From a virus (Duplodnaviria; Caudoviricetes): a stretch of DNA of 35,540 bases. The position numbers and the translations under genes are program-made. Below the pieces are notes generated by a model, which did not search any database, was not told the origin of the DNA, and saw only the letters and a list, made by a program, of their open reading frames with translations. The stretch lies in the IMG/VR virus record IMGVR_UViG_3300031716_000030, positions 1-35,540 of that record; one strand, written 5' to 3'. Shown in pieces: positions 19,459 to 27,990 of this stretch (its first letter is position 1; each line of letters starts with the position of its first letter).

Positions 19459-19932
19459 CTATATGGCCGAGTCGGGCTTATATCCGTTGTCTAGAAGCCA
19501 CGCCGTAAACCCCGTCCATCTTTCGCCGTCGCGGTCTACGCCAGCACGGATGCAGAACGTGGCCAGTCTGTCGCCGACGCGAATGCCCGAGCTAAGCTGG
19601 CGATTGAGCGCCGTTCTGGTTTTCACGTAGCGAAGCACGATTCCAACGGTGAAAACATCGAGATTCCTCACGCCATCATCGGACCATATCTTGCGCCATT
19701 CCTCTCGATTCCTCTCGAACGACTCATTGAACTCTCGGAACCGCTTGGCGCGTCGGGCTTTCCACGCGTCCAGATGCTTGTCGATGAGCTCGATATCGGA
19801 ATCCGTGAGCATTGTCCCGACCCTGCCAGCGACGACAGTCTTGCCGATTTGAGCGAAGACTTCTTTGATCGCCTTGTTGGCTGTGTTGTAGGTGATTCCG
19901 CGGAGTGCGGCATACTCTCGTATTCCGATCAC
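19459..19932 (-). CDS. Putative HTH DNA-binding protein
   Basis: IGIREYAALRGITYNTANKAI N-terminal HTH-like. Confidence 0.5.
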   Translation of the reverse strand: MIGIREYAALRGITYNTANKAIKEVFAQIGKTVVAGRVGTMLTDSDIELIDKHLDAWKARRAKRFREFNESFERNREEWRKIWSDDGVRNLDVFTVGIVLRYVKTRTALNRQLSSGIRVGDRLATFCIRAGVDRDGERWTGFTAWLLDNGYKPDSAI

Positions 19933-20297
19933 ATTTCCCTCGTGGTCTTTTTTAGGATGCTAACAGTTGCTGAACCAGCACGGTCGCCAGCAATGAGCGC
20001 AGCCGCAACGATACCATCGCGTTGCTTCCGCGGCATATCTTCGGTAAGGGGATGTTCATCCAGATATCGTTCCCGAGCAAGCAGGGACTCGGGCGGAATG
20101 GCGCCGACATAAATTTCTCCTGCGAAAGACATGGACGAAAACTGCCCGGCACGCTTGTTGCGCTCTTCTACATCATGAAAGTGCTCTGCATATGTAACGC
20201 CATAACGGACAAGAACTTTTCCATCTTCAATGATCGCAACGTAATGGTACATCAGTCCCCCTCCATAGAGTGTATCAGCACCACCTTTATTTTGCAA
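19929..20297 (-). CDS. Hypothetical protein
   Basis: Probable start at MYHYVAII after GGAGG. Confidence 0.55.
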   Translation of the reverse strand: MQNKGGADTLYGGGLMYHYVAIIEDGKVLVRYGVTYAEHFHDVEERNKRAGQFSSMSFAGEIYVGAIPPESLLARERYLDEHPLTEDMPRKQRDGIVAAALIAGDRAGSATVSILKKTTREM

Positions 20298-20322
20298 TGA
20301 CTAATGACGCCGGATTCCGAAA

Positions 20323-21270
20323 TTAGATAGCGGTCGCGGCCCGAGGCGATTTCCCCTCTGTGAACAATTGGTAGTCTATGCATTCTTGGCGCAACTTCCT
20401 GGCTTGCCGTTCGCTGATGCCTAGCTTTTTCGAGACGCCCTCGCGCCCCAGAACCTTACCATCAGTTCGGCCCTCAGTCGCTGCCCGATAGTAGTCCTTG
20501 TACGTCAGCATGCGCTCTTGCACCTTTGGGATCTCTGATTCTACGCCATTGGGCGATGGAACGCTTGGCACACGGGTGCGTTGAGCTGGAACAGGTTTCT
20601 CGGAACGGCGCCAAGTGTTGGCCATGGCGACCGCCTGATCGCCCAAGGCTAACAGGAGGAACACGATGCCCTTGATCCACGGTTCTGCGTCAGAGCCAGC
20701 GAAGCCGAACAGGCTATCGACAGCGCGGACCTCAGCGGCTTTCGGTATCTGCGGCTCGAGAGCCAGCAAGTCGGCCTTGGCCTTCTCGAAAACCGCTTTC
20801 TTTTCATCGCCGGCGGCCTTATTTTCCCGTGCGCCGGTCGTGAAGTCGCCGGGAATGGTGGAAACACGGGCCGCCGTGCCCTCCCAGTCCGCTTTAGCTA
20901 TGTTGTACGCATCCAAGGTCGTCTGGTAGGAAGGCGAAGCTAGAAAGGCTTGGCGAGCTGCGTTTGTCGTGTCGTCCTTTCCGCGTTCAAGCTGCCATTC
21001 GATCATCGCCACACCGCAAAGCAGGATGATGACCTCGAGCGGCACCACCAGCCAGCGGCGGCCGTCTGGAAGGCGCCAGCAAAGAATCATCCCCGCGATC
21101 AGCCACACGGGGCCGGCACCAGCGATGTACCAGCCCAGTATCCAGCCCATCCATTCTGCGGTTGGAACACGGGCGATGCTCACCAGCAGAGCGGCGACGA
21201 TGGCCCAGGACACCGACCACTGGCCGGCCGAGACGATGCTGCGGAGTTTGTCTTCCTGCTCTCTGGTCAT
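20323..21270 (-). CDS. Multi-TM membrane protein with coiled coil and C-terminal HTH-like segment
   Basis: 3-4 hydrophobic helices; GREGVSKKLGISERQARKL at C-terminus; ATGA overlap with methyltransferase stop. Confidence 0.65.
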   Translation of the reverse strand: MTREQEDKLRSIVSAGQWSVSWAIVAALLVSIARVPTAEWMGWILGWYIAGAGPVWLIAGMILCWRLPDGRRWLVVPLEVIILLCGVAMIEWQLERGKDDTTNAARQAFLASPSYQTTLDAYNIAKADWEGTAARVSTIPGDFTTGARENKAAGDEKKAVFEKAKADLLALEPQIPKAAEVRAVDSLFGFAGSDAEPWIKGIVFLLLALGDQAVAMANTWRRSEKPVPAQRTRVPSVPSPNGVESEIPKVQERMLTYKDYYRAATEGRTDGKVLGREGVSKKLGISERQARKLRQECIDYQLFTEGKSPRAATAI

Positions 21271-22292
21271 CTCAGGGTTTTCCATGCGAGTCGAGCCACT
21301 GCTGGAACCTGTCCGTTTCCAATGGCTTTAAGTCGGTCCACCCGAGCGGCCACCCCATGAGCCACTCGACCCACTCGGGATTCAAAGAGCCGTTGAGTTC
21401 CTCGGGCGTCACCACCTTCCGCAGTTGCGCCCTCGCTCCCGATCCTCCCCATTTGCATAGCGCCGCTCCGCCTGTGTTCGTCACCGCTGTCGGCGTCGGG
21501 TAGGTCGGCGGGATCTTGACTCCACCAACCGCCGTCGCCAGGCCGTCGCCCGATTTCGCTGAGGCTCCCTTGCGGTTGTAGTTCCCATCCACGGTCGGCG
21601 TCGGCCAGAGTTTCACCTGCGCCGATAGCTTCGGTTCGCCTCGGCTGTTGATCTTCCCGTTCTCCCGGTTCACCGAGTCGTCGGCTACCGGGGTTTGCCA
21701 TCGAACGTGATCGTTCAGATTGCTCATCCCATGGCCCTGAGATTTCTTCTCGGCGATGTATTCCTGAGACTGCGCCGGAAAATGGTCCCTCGCTTGCGGT
21801 GTCGGAAGCAACAATCCAGATTCGTTCTCTGAGGTGCGGCGCTCCGGCGTCGGCAGCGGATAGAACTCCCCACCGGCAGTCATACCCCAGCGCGGCCAGG
21901 TCTCCGAGAACGGTTCCAAGTCCCCGAGAAGTGAGAACTGGGCTGTTTTCCACGAACGCGAATCGGGGTCGTACTTCGCCAATGATCCGGGCCATTTCTC
22001 GCCAGAGGCCCGACCGTTCTCCGTCGAGTCCGGCACCTCGGCCGGCGGCGCTGATATCCTGGCATGGAAACCCGCCCGAAACCACGTCAACAATTCCTCG
22101 CCAAGGTCGTCCGTCAAAAGTCCGAACGTCATCCCATATCGGGAAAGGCGCGAGAATGCCATCATTCTGTCGCTGGGCAAGAACAGCGGCGGGGTAGGGC
22201 TCCCACTCGACAGCGCAGACCGTGCGCCATCCGAGGAGCTTGCCGCCGAGTATGCCTCCACCAGCGCCCGCGAAAAGTGCCAACTCATTCAT
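21267..22292 (-). CDS. C5-cytosine DNA methyltransferase, alpha-like polypeptide (motifs I-VIII and X)
   Basis: LFAGAGG (I), GFPCQDIS (IV), ENS (VI), PHLRERIW (VIII), RLKAIGNGQVP (X); motif IX absent. Confidence 0.9.
   Translation of the reverse strand: MNELALFAGAGGGILGGKLLGWRTVCAVEWEPYPAAVLAQRQNDGILAPFPIWDDVRTFDGRPWRGIVDVVSGGFPCQDISAAGRGAGLDGERSGLWREMARIIGEVRPRFAFVENSPVLTSRGLGTVLGDLAALGYDCRWGVLSAADAGAPHLRERIWIVASDTASEGPFSGAVSGIHRREEISGPWDEQSERSRSMANPGSRRLGEPGEREDQQPRRTEAIGAGETLADADRGWELQPQGSLSEIGRRPGDGGWWSQDPADLPDADSGDEHRRSGAMQMGRIGSEGATAEGGDARGTQRLFESRVGRVAHGVAARVDRLKAIGNGQVPAVARLAWKTLR
21272..22288 (-). CDS. Overlapping-frame beta-like polypeptide of the methyltransferase (motif IX, xPTP repeats)
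   Basis: 338-aa open frame; LPTP/WQTP/WPTP/YPTP repeats; LNPEWVEWLMGWPLGWT resembles motif IX. Confidence 0.75.
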   Translation of the reverse strand: MSWHFSRALVEAYSAASSSDGARSALSSGSPTPPLFLPSDRMMAFSRLSRYGMTFGLLTDDLGEELLTWFRAGFHARISAPPAEVPDSTENGRASGEKWPGSLAKYDPDSRSWKTAQFSLLGDLEPFSETWPRWGMTAGGEFYPLPTPERRTSENESGLLLPTPQARDHFPAQSQEYIAEKKSQGHGMSNLNDHVRWQTPVADDSVNRENGKINSRGEPKLSAQVKLWPTPTVDGNYNRKGASAKSGDGLATAVGGVKIPPTYPTPTAVTNTGGAALCKWGGSGARAQLRKVVTPEELNGSLNPEWVEWLMGWPLGWTDLKPLETDRFQQWLDSHGKP

Positions 22293-23092
22293 ACCCTCCT
22301 CGATGCCCAATTCATCTGTACGAACTTTCCACCACCCTGTCGTAGACGGTCCATGATGGCCTCGCCGACGTACGCCTGGAACTCGGGGGTAACTGCAGGG
22401 TCAGGATGGGTTACGGCCATGTTCGTGGTAAACAGCGTCGGCTTACCTTTGTTGTACCGCTCGTTGATCAGGTCGAACAGGTACAGCTTCTCGGCCTCGG
22501 TGTCGAACTGGCGCCCAGCATCGTCGATGACCAGGAGGCCAACGCCGCTGTACCGAGCCAAGATCGCGCTCTCGGGCTCGTGGCTGTCTTTTCGGTAGCT
22601 CTCTCGGATCAGGCCGGTGTACGCCTTTGCCAGCGTAAACATCCCATCCTTGCCAGCGCGGAGACGGTCAAGCAGAATGCCGCAAGCAAGATGCGTCTTG
22701 CCGACGCCCTTGGCGCCTTGCAGAACGCGGGACGGACACCCGGGCTGTCCGATCATCGCTACCCAGTCGACGAGGCCTTGGCGTACGCGTTGCTGGTCGG
22801 GCTCACTCGGAGACCATCCTGAGAGCGTGGCGTCGAAGTACCGTTCCTCGATGCCAGCGGCCCTGACCTTCGTGAACCACGCTTCCTGTTCGGCCACGCG
22901 CCGAGCAATGTCAATCGGCGACTCGCCGCGCGGATTCTGTTCGGCGTCAGCTATGGCCTCGTCAAAGCGGGCCATGAGCGTGGCCATCTGCTCCTCGCGC
23001 ATTTTCTCGCGGGCGGCTTGCACGGACAAGCCGTGAGCATTGGCGTATCGGCGGACCTCGAGTTCGTAACGGTCGCTGACGTTCTGCATCAC
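22289..23092 (-). CDS. DnaC/IstB-like helicase loader ATPase
   Basis: GAKGVGKTHLA Walker A, LLVIDDAG Walker B, LINERY..KPTLFTTN, IMDRL. Confidence 0.9.
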   Translation of the reverse strand: MMQNVSDRYELEVRRYANAHGLSVQAAREKMREEQMATLMARFDEAIADAEQNPRGESPIDIARRVAEQEAWFTKVRAAGIEERYFDATLSGWSPSEPDQQRVRQGLVDWVAMIGQPGCPSRVLQGAKGVGKTHLACGILLDRLRAGKDGMFTLAKAYTGLIRESYRKDSHEPESAILARYSGVGLLVIDDAGRQFDTEAEKLYLFDLINERYNKGKPTLFTTNMAVTHPDPAVTPEFQAYVGEAIMDRLRQGGGKFVQMNWASRRV

Positions 23093-23826
23093 ATGGCCCT
23101 TTCTTCGTAGGCAGGCCGGCTGGGATCGTGGTTGACTCCAGAAAGCTTGGGTTGCGTGTAATCGTTCAGGTAGGAGTCGAAGTGGGAAGGCGCGAAAAGA
23201 GTTGACGGCCGTAGGTATTCGCGCATCTTCGGATCGTTCGCCCACTTGGCAACCCTAGAATCCACGACACGCTTACACTCTTCGATAGTGAAGCCGTCCT
23301 TGAGTCTGGCCTGGATCAGCTTCAAGTGTGTGTCGATGGGTTTGAAACTCTTCCCGGCTTTCTGGTTCAAGTAGTCGAGAATCGACATAGAATCTTTCTT
23401 TTGGATAGTTTCTTTTGGTAGTTTCTTTTGTGGGTCAACGTCGTTGCCTAGCACTGGTCCACCACGTTGACTAGTCTGGTCAACGTCGTTGCCTAGCGAT
23501 TTCTCCTGCTGGCCCATCACGTTGACCATGTATTCATTGCCCTTCGGCGTCTCGAACACGATAACAAACTTCCTTGGAAGTAGTCCGCCATCGATGGGAG
23601 CGCCGGCTTTGGCCTGCCGACCATACAAGCCATTAATGACCGCTGACCGCGAAAGTCCCGTCATATCGGAAATCTGCGTCAGGGAGATTCGGTCACGGTA
23701 TTTTGACCAGCCGAAGGTCTTTCGGACGATGGCCAAAAACACGCGCAGCTCGGATTCATTCATGGTGGCCATTATGGAATCAAACAAGGCATTTGGAACT
23801 TGGGTGAAGTTTGGACTCTCGATCAT
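23089..23826 (-). CDS. Phage replication initiator (lambda O-like N-terminus, conserved phage C-terminal domain)
   Basis: FTQVPNALFD...VFLAIVRKTFGWSK..DRISLTQI; ILDYLNQKAGK...YLRPSTLF. Confidence 0.85.
   Translation of the reverse strand: MIESPNFTQVPNALFDSIMATMNESELRVFLAIVRKTFGWSKYRDRISLTQISDMTGLSRSAVINGLYGRQAKAGAPIDGGLLPRKFVIVFETPKGNEYMVNVMGQQEKSLGNDVDQTSQRGGPVLGNDVDPQKKLPKETIQKKDSMSILDYLNQKAGKSFKPIDTHLKLIQARLKDGFTIEECKRVVDSRVAKWANDPKMREYLRPSTLFAPSHFDSYLNDYTQPKLSGVNHDPSRPAYEERAM
23390..23527. repeat. Putative replication origin: iterons inside initiator gene plus AT-rich tract
   Basis: GGTCAACGTCGTTGCCTAGC at 23433-23452 and 23478-23497; inverted CACGTTGAC at 23463 and 23518; adjacent TAGTTTCTTTTG twice. 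Confidence 0.7.
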
Positions 23827-24416
23827 TTCCTACCTCGACCAGTTTCACCAAATTCGAACCTGGCTGACTTTGAAGCGACCACGGCCGACTCAATTGTATT
23901 GGCCACCCTCTCTAGCTCACAGATAACGTCTTCACTCCAGGAAGATACGGACCTTGCGAAATGCCATTTAGAGACTTTTTCGTCCCACCATGGCGAGTGT
24001 GGTCCTTCCATAAGAAGTTGAATGACAACGCCACCCTTACTGCTTATTGGTCCAAAGAAGACCGGTATGCAATAATTGTCCATGTCGGTGTTTTCATCAT
24101 CGGGTGGTAAATGCAAATCGTAGAAGTCAAGGCTTGGAACATCGCGAAGAATGACAAGTAGATTGCCAGAGTCGGCGACAAACTGCTTTGGCTTCGAAAT
24201 GTCACCAACGGGTGATTTTACTTCCGCATAAACACCAAGTCCCGGAAGATTGAAGTCGGGCAAATAGAGTTGCCCGTCGCTGAGGACGTAGCCTTCTTGT
24301 TCGTATTCCCACTTAATCCCACAAGCATCGAAGAACACCGCCCACCGCGCCTCAAGCCGACTACGGAATCCGTAGCCCTTGTACCATGTTTCTATTGCCT
24401 TGATGACAGGCTTCAC
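23823..24416 (-). CDS. PD-(D/E)XK-family nuclease
   Basis: FRSRLEARWAVFFD...WEYE...YLPDF...YAEVK; start refined to GTG 24416 after AGGAGG. Confidence 0.75.
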   Translation of the reverse strand: MKPVIKAIETWYKGYGFRSRLEARWAVFFDACGIKWEYEQEGYVLSDGQLYLPDFNLPGLGVYAEVKSPVGDISKPKQFVADSGNLLVILRDVPSLDFYDLHLPPDDENTDMDNYCIPVFFGPISSKGGVVIQLLMEGPHSPWWDEKVSKWHFARSVSSWSEDVICELERVANTIESAVVASKSARFEFGETGRGRK

Positions 24417-24429
24417 GCTAAACCTCCTG

Positions 24430-24585
24430 AAAATAGAAAACCGCTTGAGAGAAGAAGCCCGTGGCGGCGGACGGGCTCCAAGGCGAGGGAACCCTGCTTC
24501 TTCACTCAAGCGGTCTTGGTTAAGATCACTCGAACAGCCTTATGTGCGAACCGCCGGACCCCGCCAAGGTTCCAGCTGCTCAAAT
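24430..24585 (-). ncRNA. C4/CI-like structured leader or attenuator
   Basis: 18-bp stem (24440-24514, one mismatch) with branched head, then TTTCTATTTT and SD; upstream GGAACC and TGGCGG complementary to head. Confidence 0.55.
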
Positions 24586-24586
24586 C

Positions 24587-24817
24587 CTACTCTACGCCCT
24601 GAACTGAGTCAACCCGCACTGGAGTGCCCTCGAGCCTAGATGCCACCGCGCGCCACTCTCGTTCCTTCATACGACGCTCTTTCATGGCGGCCAGGAAATG
24701 CGTCTTGAACAGGAACGCCCCGCGCCCATGCTCGTCAATCGCGGCGTCGAAGCTGATCTCCACTTCTTCGCCGGTCTTCTTATGCCTCATCGTGAAGAAC
24801 TGTGTTTTGGCGTTCAT
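24587..24817 (-). CDS. Hypothetical protein
   Basis: GGGAGG SD, start overlapping upstream stop. Confidence 0.55.
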   Translation of the reverse strand: MNAKTQFFTMRHKKTGEEVEISFDAAIDEHGRGAFLFKTHFLAAMKERRMKEREWRAVASRLEGTPVRVDSVQGVE

Positions 24818-25422
24818 TATTTCCTCCCGGTCAGTTTGTCAAAGTCGATCACGTCATGCATCTTGGCTAGGACCGCGATAGTGGGCAGTCCATCGAACAG
24901 CTCGGACTGGATGTCGGCCTGGCGGTGCTCTCGGCATATGGCGTCTTTCATGAACACGATCCAATGTGTTTTTGACTTCTTGCCCGATTGGTTGCCGAAC
25001 AACGGTTGATGAGGTGTGAGCGCTAGAATCTGGCTTACAGGAATGTCCTGTTCATTCCATTTGAAGACAAGGGTGCCCAACGGGCGCAGAACGCGGAAGC
25101 ACTCGGCGAAGCCCTTGCGGATGTCTTCCTGCCAATCCTCACCTAGCTTGCCGTACTTCTTCGCCAGCCAGCCAGAGCGGCCATTGCGGACGAGGTGTGG
25201 CGGGTCGAAGCAAACAAGGGCGAACGACTCGTCTGGGAATGGCATAGCCGTAAAGTCGCCGAGTATGTCCGGATCAATGACTAGTGTCCGGCTTCCTCCG
25301 GCGCTGGACGAGTCTGTCAATTCATGAGTCTCCCGGCGATTGTCCATGAATGTCACGCGAGGGTCAGTGCGGTCAAACCAGAACATGCGAGATCCGCAAG
25401 CTGCGTCAAGAACTTGCTTCAC
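24817..25422 (-). CDS. Phage SAM-dependent (amino-type DNA) methyltransferase
   Basis: VLDAACGSRMFWFD, FDPPHL, KKYGKL, LVFKWNE. Confidence 0.85.
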   Translation of the reverse strand: MKQVLDAACGSRMFWFDRTDPRVTFMDNRRETHELTDSSSAGGSRTLVIDPDILGDFTAMPFPDESFALVCFDPPHLVRNGRSGWLAKKYGKLGEDWQEDIRKGFAECFRVLRPLGTLVFKWNEQDIPVSQILALTPHQPLFGNQSGKKSKTHWIVFMKDAICREHRQADIQSELFDGLPTIAVLAKMHDVIDFDKLTGRK

Positions 25423-25688
25423 GACACTCCCCCGAACATTACCCAGTCCCGGCCCTTGGGCGTCAGTTCGAGCACACCGCTCCGACCGAGAGTGCGCCCG
25501 GGGCCGACACCGCGCGTCACCATGCCACGCTCACGCAGTCGAATGGCCATGGCATGGACGGCTTGACGGTAGACGCCGAGCCGATCCGCAATCTTCTGGT
25601 ATGAGGGACGCTCGCCGGTCTCGGACACGTGGGCGAAGATGGCACGGAGCACGGCTTCGGCCTTGGGAGTCATCCAGCCGAGTTTCAT
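25419..25688 (-). CDS. LexA-N-like winged-helix regulator
   Basis: MTPKAEAVLRAI...GERPSYQKIADRLG...LRERGMVTR; start refined to ATG 25688. Confidence 0.7.
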   Translation of the reverse strand: MKLGWMTPKAEAVLRAIFAHVSETGERPSYQKIADRLGVYRQAVHAMAIRLRERGMVTRGVGPGRTLGRSGVLELTPKGRDWVMFGGVS

Positions 25689-26221
25689 GACTTCACTTCG
25701 TAGTATTCGATGACCCAGAACCAGGCGTTCTTCTCGACGGCTTCGGCGCCGTTGATAGCCGCGATCTTGTCGAAGAACTGATGCCGATTCTGGAAGCCTT
25801 CTTTCTTTGCGTCCTCGGCACTGATATCCTTGAGTCGTTCGACGCGAATCGAAATGATCTCGGCCCAGAAGCGGGCGGCCCATTTCGGCATCAGCATAGA
25901 CGAACGACGTTTCCATGTTCCGAAGGTCGGTTTGTCTTCGTCGAAACAAACCTGTTGTTCGGCGTTGACCCGCATCCATGAAACTTCTTTCTGGTAGATC
26001 AGGTCGCCGACTTTCCAGGGGCACTTGATGCCGAAGAGGTCGCCGCGTTCATCCTTGAAAAAAGCCTGAAGGCCGTGAGGATCTGAGTACATTTGCAGTT
26101 CGACAAACGGCCAGTCCTGAATCGGCAATGTCGATTTCACTCTCCGCCGCGTCATCGTCTTCAATCCGGCAACGTTGGCCCGCGCCATGTCAGGTTGGAA
26201 AAGTAGGCCATGGTGTTTCAT
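25685..26221 (-). CDS. ASCH/PUA-like phage protein
   Basis: GLKTMTRR, CPWKVGDLIY, MPKWAAR..IRVERLKDISAEDAKKEG. Confidence 0.7.
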   Translation of the reverse strand: MKHHGLLFQPDMARANVAGLKTMTRRRVKSTLPIQDWPFVELQMYSDPHGLQAFFKDERGDLFGIKCPWKVGDLIYQKEVSWMRVNAEQQVCFDEDKPTFGTWKRRSSMLMPKWAARFWAEIISIRVERLKDISAEDAKKEGFQNRHQFFDKIAAINGAEAVEKNAWFWVIEYYEVKS

Positions 26222-26646
26222 TTCAGCAGCTCCGGGTTCTGGTGGATGTTGCCGCGCACATGGAAGTCATCACCCTCAAAGCGCCAAAAGGCAAAGGCCG
26301 AAGTGTCTTCGCCGCCGACGTGTTGGCACCATTCCTTGTTCTTGACGCCTTTGAGCGCGAAGGACAGGAGTTCAGGAAGGTAGACAACCTCACCAGACAG
26401 CGACGTCTCGCGTTCGCTTCCGTCGAACCACCAGTACGTGAACTCGACCCAGTCGCCTTCATACACCTCGACGCCTTCCGAGTCCTTGATGCCGGTGAGC
26501 TGTTCATCGCCCTTCGGCGTCGTGAAGTTCGTATTAGAAGGCGAGCAGAACTCAGAGCCATGAATACCTCTTCCCCAGTAAGAAAAATGGTCAAACTCAC
26601 CCGTGTCAGTCCTATAGTGAGGAACTCGAAACTTGATCTCTCTCAT
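26218..26646 (-). CDS. YopX-family protein
   Basis: MREIKFR, QLTGIKDSEGVEVYEGD, VRGNIHQNPELL; GGAGGAG SD. Confidence 0.85.
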   Translation of the reverse strand: MREIKFRVPHYRTDTGEFDHFSYWGRGIHGSEFCSPSNTNFTTPKGDEQLTGIKDSEGVEVYEGDWVEFTYWWFDGSERETSLSGEVVYLPELLSFALKGVKNKEWCQHVGGEDTSAFAFWRFEGDDFHVRGNIHQNPELLK

Positions 26647-26655
26647 GGTCTCCTC

Positions 26656-26755
26656 CAAATAGGAAACCCCTCGGAGTACTCGTCTGCCGCACCACACGGC
26701 CATCCCGCAACGACACGGGAAAACGAGCACCCCCAGGGGTCTCAATGGTTCGTTG
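26656..26755 (-). ncRNA. C4/CI-like structured leader or attenuator upstream of the YopX gene
   Basis: About 17-bp stem (26666-26740, G-U pairs favour - strand) with two hairpins; followed by TTCCTATTT and SD. Confidence 0.6.
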
Positions 26756-26951
26756 ATGTTGTCAGGTGGTTGGGCTGACGGTTGAATGGTAAATCAGGCT
26801 CACACCCGAAGTCAAGCGGAATCTGGCGCCGGTCGTCGCGCTGGTGCTGCTCGACGTGGATGCCGAGGATGACTACCGAGTGGAGCTTGGAGCCGCACCC
26901 TGGCACTGGACAGGGCCAGGAGGTGCCGCGGTGCCAGTGCTCGGTTTTCAT
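26742..26951 (-). CDS. Small zinc-finger-like protein
   Basis: CPVPGC...HVEQH; ATGA overlap. Confidence 0.5.
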   Translation of the reverse strand: MKTEHWHRGTSWPCPVPGCGSKLHSVVILGIHVEQHQRDDRRQIPLDFGCEPDLPFNRQPNHLTTSTNH

Positions 26952-27457
26952 TCCGAGAACACCCGGGCGATGTGCGCCAACGTGCGCTCCGGAAGTTGCC
27001 CAGTCCTCCATCGACCAAGGCCCGCATTGTAGGCCGCCACGGCCCCATGCCACGTCTTTGTCACATGATGGAGAGTGGCCAACAGACGCAACGCCACACG
27101 AGCATTGGTCCATGGGTCGAAAGGATCAATGGGCACGCCAGCATTGAACCTCGTCGAGAACTCGTCAAGATAACGGGAGTTGAGCTGGAATAGCCCGAGG
27201 TCCGCGGTGCCGTTCTGGTTCTGGCTCACGCATAGCGGATCAATGCCAGACTCGGCATCAGCCAGAGCGAACGCCAGCCACACAGGGACGCCGGCCGAAC
27301 GGGCTTCGGTTATGATGACATCGCCCAGGTTCATGACAACGGGCCTTGACGGCAACTCTTGGCCATGTGCGTCAACTGCGGCACAGAGGTAGATAGCTAG
27401 AGCGGTGAGGCCAACTACCAGCAATATCAGGGCGCGACGCCAGAAGGGGCGGCTCAT
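26948..27457 (-). CDS. SLT-family lytic transglycosylase with N-terminal signal/TM
   Basis: AESG, DLGLFQLNS, AVAAYNAG; hydrophobic ALILLVVGLTALAIYL. Confidence 0.85.
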   Translation of the reverse strand: MSRPFWRRALILLVVGLTALAIYLCAAVDAHGQELPSRPVVMNLGDVIITEARSAGVPVWLAFALADAESGIDPLCVSQNQNGTADLGLFQLNSRYLDEFSTRFNAGVPIDPFDPWTNARVALRLLATLHHVTKTWHGAVAAYNAGLGRWRTGQLPERTLAHIARVFSE

Positions 27458-27828
27458 GGGACTTCCCTCGTCGTCGCCACGCCACATTCCTGACAGAGTT
27501 GGTCCAGGGTTTTGCCGTTGGCGACCGCTATGACAAGTTGGACGTGCGTGACTCTTGGGCAACTCAAGAGCGCGTCGACTTTTTCCTGTTCCGTTAAATC
27601 GCGCGTTTGGGGAATGCCTTCAACGATCTGTCCAATTGCTGTTGTATGAACATTAACACGGATCCTGACCTCGTCTCCCACCTCGAACCGCTTGCTCTCG
27701 GGCAGGATCACGGAGTCGAGGGCGGCATTCCAACCAGCCGCAAACGCATTGGGATATAACCTACTGTCCTGGTTCTTAAAGGCTTCATCGACACTCACCC
27801 GCGTCTTTACTTTGTTCGGTTGGTTCAT
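27454..27828 (-). CDS. Hypothetical protein
   Basis: ATGA-coupled ORF. Confidence 0.55.
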   Translation of the reverse strand: MNQPNKVKTRVSVDEAFKNQDSRLYPNAFAAGWNAALDSVILPESKRFEVGDEVRIRVNVHTTAIGQIVEGIPQTRDLTEQEKVDALLSCPRVTHVQLVIAVANGKTLDQLCQECGVATTREVP

Positions 27829-27989
27829 GAGTGATCTCCTTGCACTGAGGTTTCAACTGCGATCATGACCAGAAGCATTTCTTCTGCCATTCGTCTGACA
27901 TCTCTCGGCCTCCATCGGTCATTGGCTTGTTCAAGAATGGCCTTGCGCATTTGACGCCAGCATTTCGCGTCTCGTTCATCAGTTGTCAT
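27825..27989 (-). CDS. 54-aa hypothetical protein
   Basis: Not in ORF track; MTTDERDAKCWRQMRK...; fills gap with ATGA overlap. Confidence 0.55.
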   Translation of the reverse strand: MTTDERDAKCWRQMRKAILEQANDRWRPRDVRRMAEEMLLVMIAVETSVQGDHS

Positions 27990-27990
27990 C

